Made by a program: the position numbers and the translations under genes
NCBI GenBank assembly: GCA_036172245.1
Contig: JAYWIR010000021.1
Coordinates: 124,001-188,000, forward strand
From: Raillietiella orientalis
Lineage: Eukaryota
DNA: 64,000 nt
Direction of reading: 5' to 3'
Shown here: one piece after another, positions 38,927 through 51,489 of the stretch
Position numbering within the stretch: position 1 is the stretch's first letter
Layout of the letters: every line of letters starts with the position of its first letter
Notes under the pieces: model-generated
Databases searched by the model: none
Told to the model about the DNA's origin: nothing
What the model saw: the letters and a program-made list of their open reading frames with translations, nothing else

Positions 38927-40384
38927 GTCGCCCACATGTTCCCTTTCTTAGAATTCTGGATTCACTTGCAAACGAATAACAACTTTTGTCGAATGGGAGG
39001 TCAGCATGAGCTGCATACCTCCACGAAGTGAAGAATTGAGAATTAGGCCGCTAGATGAGGTCACTTGTCCTCTGGTATCTAAACTATCAGCAGGAAGAAC
39101 AGATCGATAGTCATTTAGCGATCTGCTTTTCGTGAGATAAATGTCTTCTTCATTTTGAAAGCAAGTTTGTGTCCTCTGTACCTCATGTGCATCTTGAAAA
39201 CATCTATCTGCTTCTTGTCCCTTTGGATGAAACGCAGTTCTCTCTTTTGACTGTATGTCTTGATCTTGTAGATGATAGATGCCATTTTGTACTTGTCTGT
39301 TGGCAAACATCGGTAGTCTCTCCATGAATATTCATACTGAAGTCCATCCGCCGAGATGAGTTGATTCCATTCTTTATGTTGAATTCCTCGAAAAACTTTG
39401 GCATCAATGCTCGGCGTTTCCTTTTCAAGTCCTTAGCCATCCAGTGGATTGTGGAAATTACTCTAACTGGAAAATTTCTGTGCTTCAGCGTCGGAGAGTT
39501 TACGTCCTGCGCACAGTTCCACTTTCATCCGTGACTCCTCCGTTTCTGCTCCTTCCACGGCTGCAGAGAGTTTGTCGGAGAGTCGATGCAGTGGAGGGCC
39601 TCATGGAGCAAACGCCGAGTCGGCTCGAAAATTCCAAGAAGGCTCCTGGCAGCAGGAATGCTCGTCTCTTTCAATTCCGCCATTCTCCTTATTCGTTGCG
39701 ACGGATCAGCAGTCATTGATTTTGCTTTTGTCTTTGCATGTTTACACGGCAAACAGATTTGTAATCTTTGTACAAACACTGACCTCTTAAAGCCCAGCAC
39801 TCCGGGCGCTGCTGCAGATTCCGAGCGAGCACGGAGCAACAGCTTCAGAACGTTGCAATCGCCTTCCCTAAGAATAACACCAATTCAGCTCAGCACTCCT
39901 CGAATCATTCCTGAAATTATTTCCTTTTGCATGACGCTGAAGATCACGGTGCGTCCATGGCAACGACGCAGCGTGCGGCTGAATACCTCCCTGAATTTCT
40001 CGAGTCCGCGTGCTTCCTGAGAAGCTCGAGTCTCGGTCGCTTTGCTGCACGCCTCAGATCCTATCCTTCCTGCTTCGTGCCCGATGGCGTTCGAAGACCT
40101 CATCATCGTCTTCATGTGTCCGAGTTCCAAGTTCGAGATGGCTTGCATCTGAAAAGGTCCTCTTCGCGGGACGTTCTGCAACACTGCAACGAGTCCACCT
40201 ATTATGTGCGTCTTCTGGAAGTTATGCTTTCTTAATCTTCCATCCTTACCATCCGAATTCTTACCTTCACGGTTTTCATATCATTTTCAGCGCCACTCCC
40301 GGTATGCACCTGTGATTGCCATAGCAGCAGGATGACCCTGCTGTACCTCGGTACCCATCAAAATCCCGGATTCCGGAATCTCAA

Positions 40385-40575
40385 AAGACCATTAAAAATA
40401 AAAACACATACGTTTATATTTATATATATATATATGTATTCGTATGCACTTTTATTTTATCATGCGTATCGTTAATACAATTAGTGCCATGCATTAATAT
40501 GTTATATATTTATTTATTTAAGATTTCAAAAAAACAAACAGGTATGTTTATTACATATATTTATAATATTTCCTA
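40385..40575. other. Very AT-rich ~190 bp island with (TA)n, apparently interrupting a CUB exon
   Basis: Abrupt composition change; CUB-like peptide PCCTSVPIKIPDSG lies on the left and AVTDSG on the right. Confidence 0.5.
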
Positions 40576-40599
40576 TGTCGAATTCCCCACTATTCCAAA

Positions 40600-41149
40600 C
40601 TGCAGTTACCGATTCCGGCGTTTGGGATTTTGAGGCAAGTCCTCTTTCCCCAGCTATTCCCGGATGTGGAGACGTGATAACCCATAGCGTAATTTCATGG
40701 GCCTCCCACAAAGAAATGTGCACGAGCAGATTAGGATGCGTCTGGGTCGCATCCAGATGATCGAATAGACCTGCACTTCACTTTTGCTTCGAGTTTGAAG
40801 AATAAACGGATTGCACTTTCGACTGCGCGGAGATATGAGGAATGTTTTTTTTTTTTTTTTTCCTTTTTTTTCCTTTTTCTGTCTGGAGTGCCTGACCTGC
40901 GCAACTTGACCAGAATAAACCCAGATTGTCAGGAAAGGTACGAAAATTGAGCTGAATGCTCTTGCACTCGGCACGCTGATTGACGTCCTCTGATTCAGAT
41001 AAGGGAGGGCGATAGTGCAACGAGTCCGCCGGTGGGCAAGTGCTGCGGTTCCAGTTTTCCGCCTAGATACACGTTTCCTGGAAACGGGCTGCTCGCGCAC
41101 AGGGATGGGAGTTTCACTGCGCGCGGATTCCCCGCACATTCCGACGCAA
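40600..41149 (+). pseudogene. CUBN: Cubilin relic: CUB exons (40600-40832, 40999-41149)
   Basis: VTDSG...PGCGDVIT..VIS...H..C..RLGCVW..PDDRIDLHFT..FEFEE*TDCTFDCAE; then ttcag|IREGDSATSPPVGKCCGSSFPP...GNGL....DGSFTARGF. Confidence 0.85.
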
Positions 41150-42249
41150 GAAAGGACACCGAACGGCTGGGTTTCCCTATCCAGATGTTTCGAAATTTCG
41201 AAAATCATTGCTATGTACTAATTGATGGGAAGGCGGCGAAACCTCACGTGAACCGATCAAATGACCTCAGTGTGACAATATCAAATTCTCCTCCACATAT
41301 GGGTCGAGAGTTCATGGATTTTAAAGATTAGATTTTCCTCTGCAAAAGATAATCTCAGAACCGAACACTAGGAATTGATCTTGAGATGCTGATGGCCTTC
41401 CTCCACGGTGTTCTTCCTCCAGCAACAGCTCGTTCCAACGTCAGTTTTGTTTCAGTTCTTCTGGCAACCCAACAGCGCGGTGCGGTTTGTTTGACAGCTT
41501 GGCAGCAGTCTCAAGGAAAACAACGAAATCAATCCAAGGCGATCGACCCCATCTTGATTTCCAGCTTTTCAGGGTTGGAACCGGTCGTTCATCTCGAAAT
41601 TCTGGGCCGGAGCCTTCCGAGGCCTTCCCGGTCTTCCCGCTCGAGTTCCCGGTGCTGGAAAGCGCGGAATTCCTGTTGCGCTGGGCATCCTCGAGGAACT
41701 CACAGCTTCTGCACGGGTTTATCCCGTTCACACGTTGCCTCCATGGCGCTTCCCCACTGTCCACATTTTCCAGCTGCATCGGCTGCCGGCAGTGAGTTCC
41801 TACATTGCTCGAGCGGGAAATAGGCATTCGAGAGCGCGTCGGATGTCTCAGGTTGCTCTTCCTTGGTAGGGTTCACTGACGATTGGCAGTAGCTTTCGTA
41901 GAGTCTGCTCGCAGCTACCGTAGAGAGGAATCACTGTGTTTTCTTCTTCGCATGAGGTCTGACGACACAGCTTGCCCGTTATCCATCAAGCCCATAAAAG
42001 TCATGTGCAGAACTCTTTGTTTTTGCGGTTCTGTCCGAATTTTAGTCGGTTCTGAAGTGTTTGTGTGGTAAACCTTTGTGCGTCACATGTGTGGCACACG
42101 AGACCTGTATCGAAACGCATCTCGGAAACATAGCTTGCCATGTTACTTCTGAAGCACTATGAAACCAAGGTATGCTGCATCCCTTTCTGCGATCACAAGT
42201 GCAGCTCACCTTGAGGCTAGATTTATCCTCTTCAGCTTGAAGCTGAGCA

Positions 42250-42760
42250 TCGAGGAAAAGCTGTCTTTGCCTTCATGCTGGCGTTACCATCCAAGAAGAG
42301 AACCGCTTCCATCAGTAAGACTCAAGCGATTCTCATAATGCTGCAGATGTAAAGGGACTTTTCGGGTGGTAGCCAAACGTTTCCACGTATCACCTCCAGG
42401 AATGTGAGGGCGCGAGAGGAAAGCGCCGATCTTCTTGAGCGCCTCCGCTCTTGCAGGGCGCGCACTCTTGGAGACCCAGAATTTCTATGTGCCTCGGCGA
42501 AAAGCCAATGGCTCTCTGAACGTGTCTGTTAATTCACCGGATCTTCACCTTCCGAGAAAGAAGCTTCTTTCGACTTTCCTCGCACGGAGACTGGAATCCG
42601 AGACAACCTTCGCGCCGGCCCTCCCATATGCCGAGCGCAAGAACTGCGCGTCGGACGGGCACGGATTCCATCACCTCGATGGCTGGAAGCTGAGACAGTT
42701 CTTGACTTTTCACGAAATTACCTGATTTTCATGGATGCTCATGCTGCTCATCAGGCTTAG
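42250..42760 (-). mobile_element. Possible retroviral-type integrase relic
   Basis: Minus: KVKNCLSFQ (cf. V..C..CQ), TDTF (cf. VD.F), TFGYHPKS (cf. T..YHPQS); weak. Confidence 0.3.
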
Positions 42761-43119
42761 GCAATGAACATTTCGAGGGGTCCATTTTTTCCCCTCGAAT
42801 ACAAACGCTGAAATGATGGCTGCATTTGTGCTGAGGGTGATTGATGTTGCGAGAACCTCTTGGCAGTCAACTGAGTAACTTTTCAACAACCATCGAGAGT
42901 CCGGATGATCCCAGAGGAATCCCCTTAGTTCGTGTGCAAACTTCCCAAACCCTGGCGCGTCGGCAATAGTCCAGAGGGAGCTCAATTGGTCGCCTTTGGA
43001 GGGTGAGGATCCTGACCACAAAGTTCATCCGGCGGAGTGCAGCTCCTGAGGGAAAAGGAGTGGCGAGCATTTGGCAAGAGAAGAAGCAAGAGGACAGAGA
43101 ACGCGGGTCTCTTGAACGC

Positions 43120-43640
43120 AGACTGCAGAAGATGAAATAATGAGTTCCCAGAGACGCAGGCGAACCTGCATTTCCTTTCAGGAGGCGATGGAAACTCGAC
43201 AGCAATGGAAACTGTAGTAAAGTCGAAACCTGGAACAATTGCTCTTAACTCAAAAGCAATAAAAGAGTTGCAGCAGAGTGTAGAGGATCAGCGAGAAAGT
43301 AATGATCAACCACTGAAAGTGTTATGCCATGCCGGAGAATTCAAAGCGCACCTGATAACCAAAATCATCCTCCGTGCTTGGGTACACTGGTTGAAAGTGA
43401 CCAGCAGATCGTGCAGTAGGTGTTGACTGTGTCACATTAGGTCAGCGTATGCAACCTACCCGTCTCCACATGGACGCCGAAGGGTTTTTTTTTACTCCCC
43501 AACAGTTCGCAGAATGGGAGAAGAACTCTCGGCAGCTTGACTTTGCATACGTGGATCCTGTAGTACGCAGCTCGCACAGGGAAGGCGATTTGTTTGTGCG
43601 CCACTTGGTGAACAGAAGAAAGCAAAGTGGAATCCTCCCA
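43120..43640 (+). pseudogene. LIAS: Lipoyl synthase C-terminal half, intronless relic (probable retrocopy)
   Basis: METVVKS...ALNSKAIKELQQSVEDQRESNDQPLKVLCHA...LITK-SSVLG...ESDQQI..RAVGVDCVTLGQRMQPT.LH....FTPQQFAEWEK...L.FAYV.PVVRSSHREGDLFVRHLVNRRK matches eukaryotic LIAS (AHNVETV.ELQ..VRD.RA...QSL.VL.HA; DCLTLGQYMQPT; GPLVRSSYKAGEFF). Frameshifted. Confidence 0.85.
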
Positions 43641-43742
43641 ACAAATCCTCCCCGGAGAAAGGACGAGGAGCTCTTCCGTCATTTTTAAAATGGAACTGAG
43701 TTTCCGTTGCTAGGCTCAGCATGGTAACGCACTCTTACCTAG

Positions 43743-44124
43743 GCTGCAGTGGACTCCTAAGAGTTGAAAGCATGAGAACGCAACCTCCGAGCCTCTAGGA
43801 CTTTCATCCCAACGTTCAGAATGCATCTGCATCTTGGCAGCGGTAGCACGCAAGGTTATCAAAGTGACACTGATCAGTCTCGACATCGAGGGAGGCAACG
43901 GAACCTGCATGGGGATGTCGGATGGATCCCGAGCCAAAACAGGTCTTCCTAGATCCAAGATGGCTTAGATGGCAGCCACCCTTTGTCGGGAAAATACTGT
44001 GGTTCTCCTGTGTACACTTCAGGTCCAGCGGTGCCATCTGTGAATTACCTTTGGCTTTGGTTCGTGACCGGCGATTCCGTTTGGAACCACGGCTTCTTGG
44101 CAGAATCCACTTCTTGGGATATGG
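43743..44124 (+). pseudogene. CUBN: Cubilin relic: CUB exons (43743-~43915, 43953-44124)
   Basis: cctag|GCSGLL...*DFHPN..ECICIL....KVIKVTLISLDIEG..GTC; cctag|IQDGLDGSHPLSGKYCGS...SVNYLWLWFVTGDSVWNHGFLAE..WDMG with gt donor. Confidence 0.85.
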
Positions 44125-47034
44125 GTGCATGGATGCAAGCGCAGAGTACATGTCTCTTTCTCAGATGCACTCTTGGAATTTCCGATAAGCCTATGGAACC
44201 ACGCCCTGTTTTCTACGTGCGTCCAGATCGAAATCTGTTCACGCTTTGCCCGCGCTTGGTGAACACGTCCTTAGCAAGTTCGCTGCTCTTCAAGGCTTGA
44301 AGGGTCCTGGAATTTTACCGGCGATCATTCAAAGAGCACACCATTCCAGCAAGTCGAGAGGAGCCACGGAGAAGGAACGGTCCCCTGCATGTCATCAACA
44401 GGATCTACGACTTTCAAGCTTGTCGAGTCCGTGACAATGCTGCGTGGATGGCGTACACCGTACACCGTGTCACGCCGTTCGTATCCCTTTGAGACGATGC
44501 AGTCCTTCGATTGAGCTCTGAATTGGTGGGTGGACTCGGAGACGATTTTTCGAGGGGGAAGACTGTCTTATGAGGCTCTTCGTGCATTTGGAGTTTGCGC
44601 ATAAAAAGACGTTGTTGCCTGCTTCCGGACCGGGAGGTCTTCAGCTTCAGCGAGTGCAATACCGGAGATGCGGAACCACCATCTGTGCCGCGACATGGGG
44701 GAGGAATCACGAAACGATTCGGTTCGCCGAGCTGGTCCTCATTTGTCTCATCTCGTCCTCTCAGCTGAGAATTCCTGTGGAGATTCGCTGTTCTGCTTGC
44801 AGCGAGGAGTAAGCGGGTGACGCTCCAGTACTGCTCTTTCCTAGCTTTTCCCCGTGAACTTGAGCTTCAGCTCTGCTTCTTTTTTTTGACTGCCAACAAG
44901 CGCTCTCGAATTGGCGTTTCTTCCGCCCTTGGGTTTCAGCGCGTCCGTCACTCAGATGGCGAAAATAGGGAGGATTTGCATCTGCATCTGGATCGGAATC
45001 TCAGAGTCTGATCGCCAAGGGTCCTGTATTTCTTCGGAATGCTCGGCGAACTGACTTTGAGAACGCAAGCGCAGGCAAAGGTCTTCAGGCCGGCTCGTTT
45101 CGCGAGCGGACTTGCGACCGGGCCGGGAGGCTGCGACTGACCGAAGCACAACCCCCCTTCGCACATTCGGGAAGTCACGTTTCGCCTGTGGCGTCCGTCC
45201 GCTTGGACACCATCATGGATGGAAAGCGGCCACTGCAGAGCCTCATTTCGTCTGCAGCCGCGGTCCTTTGCACTCGATCCCGCGCATGGCTTTCTCAGGG
45301 AGATTTTGCTGCTGCAACCTGGAAGCCCAACTACAAGCTGTACGCCTCACATTCTGCGAATGGGAAGAGAGGAAGACAGGCGGCCTCTGAGATCTTGAAA
45401 TCGTTTCGGGAATTTTTTTTGCCATCCTACTTAAACTCACGTCTCAGGTACCTTGGTTCCGTGACTTCCTCCCCTCATTACCGTTACCGCGGTGCCGCCA
45501 GCTGCGGGGAAACGGACGGTTCTGGGGTCCCACGTTCCAACTCAGCAGTCTCCCTGAATAAAAGGAATCGAGAATTTGTGGCATTCGGTGCCGTTGCATC
45601 GCCCTCAGAAGGAAGAAGTTGCTAGACCAAAGAGATAACTTGCTGGAAGCTCCCTTACCAAGTTCAAGGTGGTTTATCGGCTTTTGATGATGTTGATTGC
45701 GATGAAGAGTCTCCTGGCTTGGGGCAGCGAGTCCCATGAACTTTGCTCAAGCTCTTGTGATGCTGTAAAACTCGAGTGGGTGGGCCCTTGTTCCCTCCTC
45801 CCTCCTCCCCCTCGCTCAAGTATCAGTACGCCCTGCTTGTGAGAATTGGGTGCTCGGACTCATCAACAAGTGAGCAGCACGAAACAGGTTCTCACTGAAC
45901 CCAGGAGGCTCAGCAGCTCCTTTCCGATCTGTCTCACTTTTCCTCCTCGATCGGAAGAATTTCCTTCTACGGCAAAGACACCACGCTCGCGCGCTTCCGA
46001 CCAGCCCCTTCGTGGATGATGCCACCTCTCCACTGCCAGCCACTGCGAGCCGCGTTTCGTTGGCTTCGAGGGCGTCTTCCGAAAGTCTCCATGAAACTCA
46101 TTCCGATGCCGCTGCTCCGCGGTCTCAACGCAGGGGACTGCAATTGAGGACGTTTCGGGCACCATTAAGCCTGTCCTTCGTCTTTGAACGCGGCTGCTTA
46201 TCGATGCTTTAGTGACTTGGAATTTGCCCGATCCGCTTTACTCGAGCTGCTTTGCCACTACTCTGTCGGCTTCTTATCTTGGAAAACGCTTTTTGATGGC
46301 ACGTAGAATTTTCCTCTAGGAAAGTCCTCTCGTGAAGTCTCAGCTTCACTTCCTACCTTCCCGCTGTTTGCTTAGGTTTGGAGCATTAGGAAATTTCTGT
46401 ACCGAAAAGATAACCGTATTTACAAACCAGGATGCTCTTAGTCATATGGATCTTCGAGATAGCCAAATTGGCAGCAGAATCCTCGAAACTTGCAGGCGAT
46501 AAGTGATTTGCATCATGAGGAAGTACAGCGTATTCCAAATAAGGGCAAGAGAGAGAGTGTACGCAGAGCCTGGATGAAGATGATGGCCAGGGGTGTTTCG
46601 CTGAATTTCAGTCTTCTAAAGATGGCTTTTTTTAGACTGACTTTTTTGGCCTGCCTGTTCGCGCGGGCAGGCCGAAAAACAAAAAAAGGCATCTGCCCTT
46701 CTCGAAGCGCAGTTCAGTTCCTGGCCGCATCGGATGACTGAGTGCGACCGCCGGACGATCTACTCTGTGTCTTCTGTCCAGCCTCCACCAGTGCTTACTT
46801 GATGCGTGACAAGTCTTCACGAGATTTCAGATTCTACCTTTGGAGACCTTTTCCTGACGAGTGGTCCATTTCATCTGACCTTTCTGGACATTCGGCTTCG
46901 CGCTCACGACACGCTCACCACTTCAAAACTTGCATGCGAGGTATCTCCCTCGTCATCGGAAGGAAGTCACGTCCTGAAAAAGTTCCCAGGAGCGAGGGAT
47001 TGCAAGGCCAGCCCAGACTCTGACCTCCTTCCAA

Positions 47035-47200
47035 ATTGTGAAGGAATGAACACAACCCCTTTTCCATCCGGAAACCTATCCTCACGACCTGACCTGCATG
47101 CGGAGAACTACCATCGCGCTCCCTGGATTCGCGATCTGCATCAACCCTCCGACCTTCAGAGCGGAGGATGAAATAGTTAAGGGGATGCATCCAACGACCG
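47035..47200 (+). pseudogene. CUBN: Cubilin relic: CUB N-terminal half
   Basis: CEGMNTTP..HPETYPHDLTCM..TIALPGFAI (cf. CGG.....G.I.SPGHPNVYPHGINC.W.I...P); frameshifted. Confidence 0.65.
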
Positions 47201-47734
47201 TGTCGAAGTTTGCGACAGTTCAGCCGCCCCTGGAACTGCAGGCTGCATGAGAAGATAAGAAGAGAGGCACTCTATAGCGCTTCCTCTATGAACTCCTCCA
47301 AGGTGCTTGGCATTCCTGCACCGTTTTCGCCTTCCTGTCAGCATTCCCTAGCCAAATATAACGAAGGACATCCTCTGGGGAAGCAGTAAGAAGCAGTTGC
47401 TCTTTTCTAGAAAGACCTCTCCAAACTCCTCTCGATACGAATTTTTCTGAGGATCAGATTTTATTCATGCACCGCTCCTCCTTCCGTGTAGCCAGAGCAT
47501 GGAGGCGATTCACGAGGAGTAGGCCAGGAGGCGATGCCACGCGGAAGACCTTCGGCGAAGTGCTCCCGTGATGTGGTCCGGCACAATCATCCTCCGCAGG
47601 AAGAAATGCTCTGGACATTCGGAACACTTTGGCGGAAGTGACCCTGTGGTGCGCGACGCGGGTCACCAAGGCACCTTCCGTTCTGGACAGCAAGAGTGAA
47701 GAGAGGATGGAGACAGAAGTCACTGTTCGTGAAT

Positions 47735-48615
47735 GCCACAAAACTCAGCTGCTCTAAGGTGCTCCCAGGCGTCCTCAGAATACGCGAAAGGCAGCCATTT
47801 GAGCTCAGTCCCACTGAAGGTGCGCAAGAGGATGAAGAGGGGATGGTGCCCGTGGGTGCGCCAAATCAACCTGATGCGGGACATGCCGCAGTGGTCTCGA
47901 GATGGCGTTGCTTCAGACAGGACTGCGCCGCTCGAAGACCGAGGGCGCCATCAGAGGTGGCTCGGCTGACTCGGCGACTTTGAAAACTCAGTGGAGAGCT
48001 TCTGGACTATGAGAAAGCAGCCTGCAGCGTGCGCTCGGACCTGTGATATGGACCAACATGATTCGAGTTTCCACTCGCCCATCCCAACGAATTTGGTTTC
48101 TTTCAGCTCGAACGGAAATCCTAGTTGTTGTCTCCTGTCGCGTAGAGATCAAATTTCCATTTGCCGCCTCGGAACGGAGGAAGCTGTTTCAAAACATCAT
48201 CTCTTTATTGCCAGTGGCCGTGGTCGACCCACTTCTCTTATGACGAAAACGCTCGAGTTCTGGCCCACTTGGCTCGTCCGGAACTTCATTGCTTGAGCAT
48301 TCTTCTTCTACCCTTGTTCCTCACTTGCCCTTCCAGCTTCAGCCAGCAACTTTGATGGTTCCTTCATCGCCAATCACTGCAGCGACGCAAAAGTTTCTGC
48401 GATGCTGAAGGGCCGTCCTTTGTGCTCTTGAGAAAGTTTTCAAAACTGAAAAGTTTTCTTAGCAAAGAGTGCAGTCTTCGAAAGTCTTTCCAAGCGATCT
48501 CTGGTTCGTCCTCTTGCGCGCCTTCGGGGGTGGCATGCAGCTCAAACAACCGCCTGAGCCTTCTGTGTATGCTGAAAGTGCCCGGGAGCCTCTTAGAGCA
48601 GCCGAGTTTTCCTTC
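47735..48615. repeat. Diverged inverted repeat pair (~47735-47835 vs ~48500-48615)
   Basis: aaaactcagctgctctaaggtgctcccaggc...tttgagct...gaaggtgcgcaagaggatgaa vs reverse complement aaaactcggctgctctaagaggctcccgggc...tttgagct...gaaggcgcgcaagaggacgaa. Confidence 0.7.
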
Positions 48616-49729
48616 TTGTGTAGCCTTCACAGAAAATGCCAAATGGCTCACGCACAATTTTCACCAAGAACCACGTGGTCGTTCCTCCAAAGGAAGATCC
48701 CATCATTCACATGAGCTCGAGAATGCAAATTTACGGATGAATCGTAGATTCGAACGTCCGCACAGGAATGCAAAAGGAAGCTGTGATTTTGTAAGATGAA
48801 CGTCAGCAAACGTCTGAAAGACGAACTTTCAGATGTTGCTCAGTTTATCTGTCATTCGCTCATTGAATTTATTTGCTTTCTCGTCTAAGAACTGAAGGAG
48901 CATCGTAGGTGAAAGTACGTATGAGAATGAGAACATTAAGGACTCGAATCCTTTAGAAGATCACAACGGCCGCTTCTCCCTCCCAGGAGCCTGGTTGATT
49001 TTCTTGTGAGAAACAAGGAAGCCTGAAAGCAGAGCCTGCCAGTCAGGATGACAGCTGAGGATAAACGAAAACAACACGTGAGAGAGGAGCACTGTGGTGA
49101 CTGTGAGACAACCGATCCATTGCAGCTGAGGAAAAACATCCACGTCTCCGGAGCGCGCTCGTCCGGTGCGAGCAGAAATGGCGCCCTTTCTCCGTGTCGG
49201 TGCTGCGTGCACCGAGCAGGCAGATTGGACTGGCGCATTCGGTTGCGCCCACCTCTCTTCTGGTCTCTTCTCCCCGGAGAGCGCGCGCAGACTGCCAAGT
49301 TGGGAACTTGGTGTTTGGGGGAAATTTTTCTTGTTTACCTTCGGTGCCATCGAAGGTGATAACCGAGGTCTCGCCGGGTGGAGAACGGTGCTCCTCCAGA
49401 AAGTGCCCAGTTTCCTCACTCTTGAAACAAAGCAACCATGCTGGGAAATTGTTCCCCTGATTTCCGTTCGGCTGTCGGCTTTCGCTGGATCTGCTGGCAG
49501 CCAGATGTGATGCGATACTGCGCGCGGAGCACGCCTTTTGCCAGCGCCAGGGAATCGATGATGCCTCAGTTTTTTTTTATGCCTTCTCCAGATTGATTCT
49601 AGGCGGCTTCCCACTTCTTTCACTTCCCCAATTGAGCTAACGCATGATGCAGCACGAAATCATTACCAAAGATCATCAAGGAAAGCGGACGGATTCCTCA
49701 GGTGACGGAGACCAATTTCGGCCTTGTAG

Positions 49730-50711
49730 GATAGAAAATGCTCTTCCACGTGAAATACAATGGTCCTTCGTTTAACAGACTACGCGGAACCGACATGCCA
49801 CCAGTGATGACTTCTTCCGAAAGCATGGAGACCATTCACCTCTGTACCGACAACCTGATTGCAATAGTCGGAAAACTCCTGGACGGCCGCAAGACGAGCG
49901 AGCTGGAGAAGGCCACCACTCCTCGTTTCCGGGCAAAGGGACTCACTCGCTCGGTGGAGTGAACTGCTTGTGGGGTACCCCCGAAGAGCTCGTGGTCCCT
50001 TTCCTGTGTGCAGGCATCTCCGTGTTCCCGCTCCGGGGGAAACAGGGCGTTCTGCTGGGCGCTCCACTGGAATCAGCTCAGACACCTGGTTTCCAGGGCG
50101 ATGGAATCGCTCTCGCACCTTTCATTGGACTGCAGTGCCCCGCAGAACTTGTGGTGCAGACTCGCCTCCGGCACTCCGGCAACAGCAGGACACCGCTACG
50201 AATTTGCTGCGACGCTTCTTCTCCGGAGACGTGCTGAAGAAGGGCGTTTCTGTTGCATCCCTCCACGTGCTCCAAGCTAGTTCACGGTGAGAAGACGCCA
50301 CCAGCATGGCAGCAACCCTTATGAGGGCAGCTGCAAGGTGGCCTCACCTGCTGGAAGTCGACAGGGAGATTGCCACCGTCCGGAACCGCTTCTATGAGGT
50401 AACGAACGTCTCTAACCAGAGACCCCTGTCTCCACCCTCCCGTCTTTTTTTTTAATTTTTTTATTGCCTCTCCCTTCGTTCCCTAGTTTTTGGAAGTTGG
50501 TCTGCGTGCCGGTGGTTATCCCGGATAAACTTTGTTTTTTTTTGGGGTGGGGGGCATTTTTCGTTTTTGAGGGTTTCTTTTCTCCTTTTCTACCTTGTGG
50601 TTTTTGTTTTTGTTTTCTAATAAGCGTCCGGCGCCACCGGGTGGAGACGGGCAATCTGATTTCACACGCTGGGGCGCAGTTCAACTTGACAATTCCTGCA
50701 CGTGCCATCAG
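49730..50711 (+). pseudogene. CUBN: Cubilin relic: CUB C-terminal exon split by a LINE insertion
   Basis: RLRGTDMPPVMTSSESMETIHLCTDNLI [insert] NLISHAGAQFNLTIPARAI then gtaagc (cf. RYCG.SIPP.LTSS.N.....FVTDS..A.EGF). Confidence 0.7.
49864..50651 (+). mobile_element. L1/Tx1-like LINE 3' fragment, copy C, with degenerate TSD
   Basis: LLDGRKTSELEKATT is homologous to copies A/B/D; MESLSHLSLDC knuckle; T-rich UTR; end AATAAGcgtCCGGcgccaCCGGG. Flanks caacctgattgca (49851-49863) and caatctgatttca (50652-50664). Confidence 0.75.
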
Positions 50712-51489
50712 GTAAGCACCACGGCCAACTCAGAAGCGGATTCTGAAGCACATCCATCTTGAAGATGCGGCATGGGGAGGGAGTCACTGCAAGTCGAATG
50801 GAGCCTCCAGGAGCTCCGGGTACCCAGCGGAGGGTCACATGGTGTGGACCGTGTGTGGAAAATCGCCGCTCCTATCCGCTAGCAGATACTTCTGAGCTGC
50901 CACGCCATTCCTTCAGCTCTGTGCCATGAGTATGAGTCAAGACACCTTGGGTGCGCGAGGTCGTTCCTTTCAGAAGACCGGCTGGCCCCTCGCAAAGACC
51001 AAAGTGGACAGCTGCAATTCTTGACCGATTCACAGGCGCTAGCTACGTGCCGGTAGAGGGGATCTCCCTGTAAGACGAGGAGGAAGGTGCGAAAAGAAAT
51101 TCGTCGACAGTGATTGAACACTACTCCCTCGCCAGCAGGAAGTGTTGCTCAAAGACCTCTCTGGTCTTTTCAAAATCCTCCAACGGAGTTTTATGCTATT
51201 TTTTCCGCTTTCGTTTCCGCCTAGAGGGACCAAGCGAGCACCAGTGAGGATGTGAGAGCATGAGTGGCCACTGGTTCGCTGGCTGGCAAAAGATGCAACG
51301 GTTATCCAGAGACTCAAGAGTCCAAGTGGACACCTTTCATTAAGAAAGCCGCATTGCTATCCATTCCTCTGAAAGGAATAAAAAGCAGATTTTCTTTCAA
51401 TTCCGTGGATTCATCTGAGGCTATGGCAACATCGGAGTGCTCACGTACCCTTGAGTGGTACAAGTCCGGTCTGTTTAATCATCAAACTT

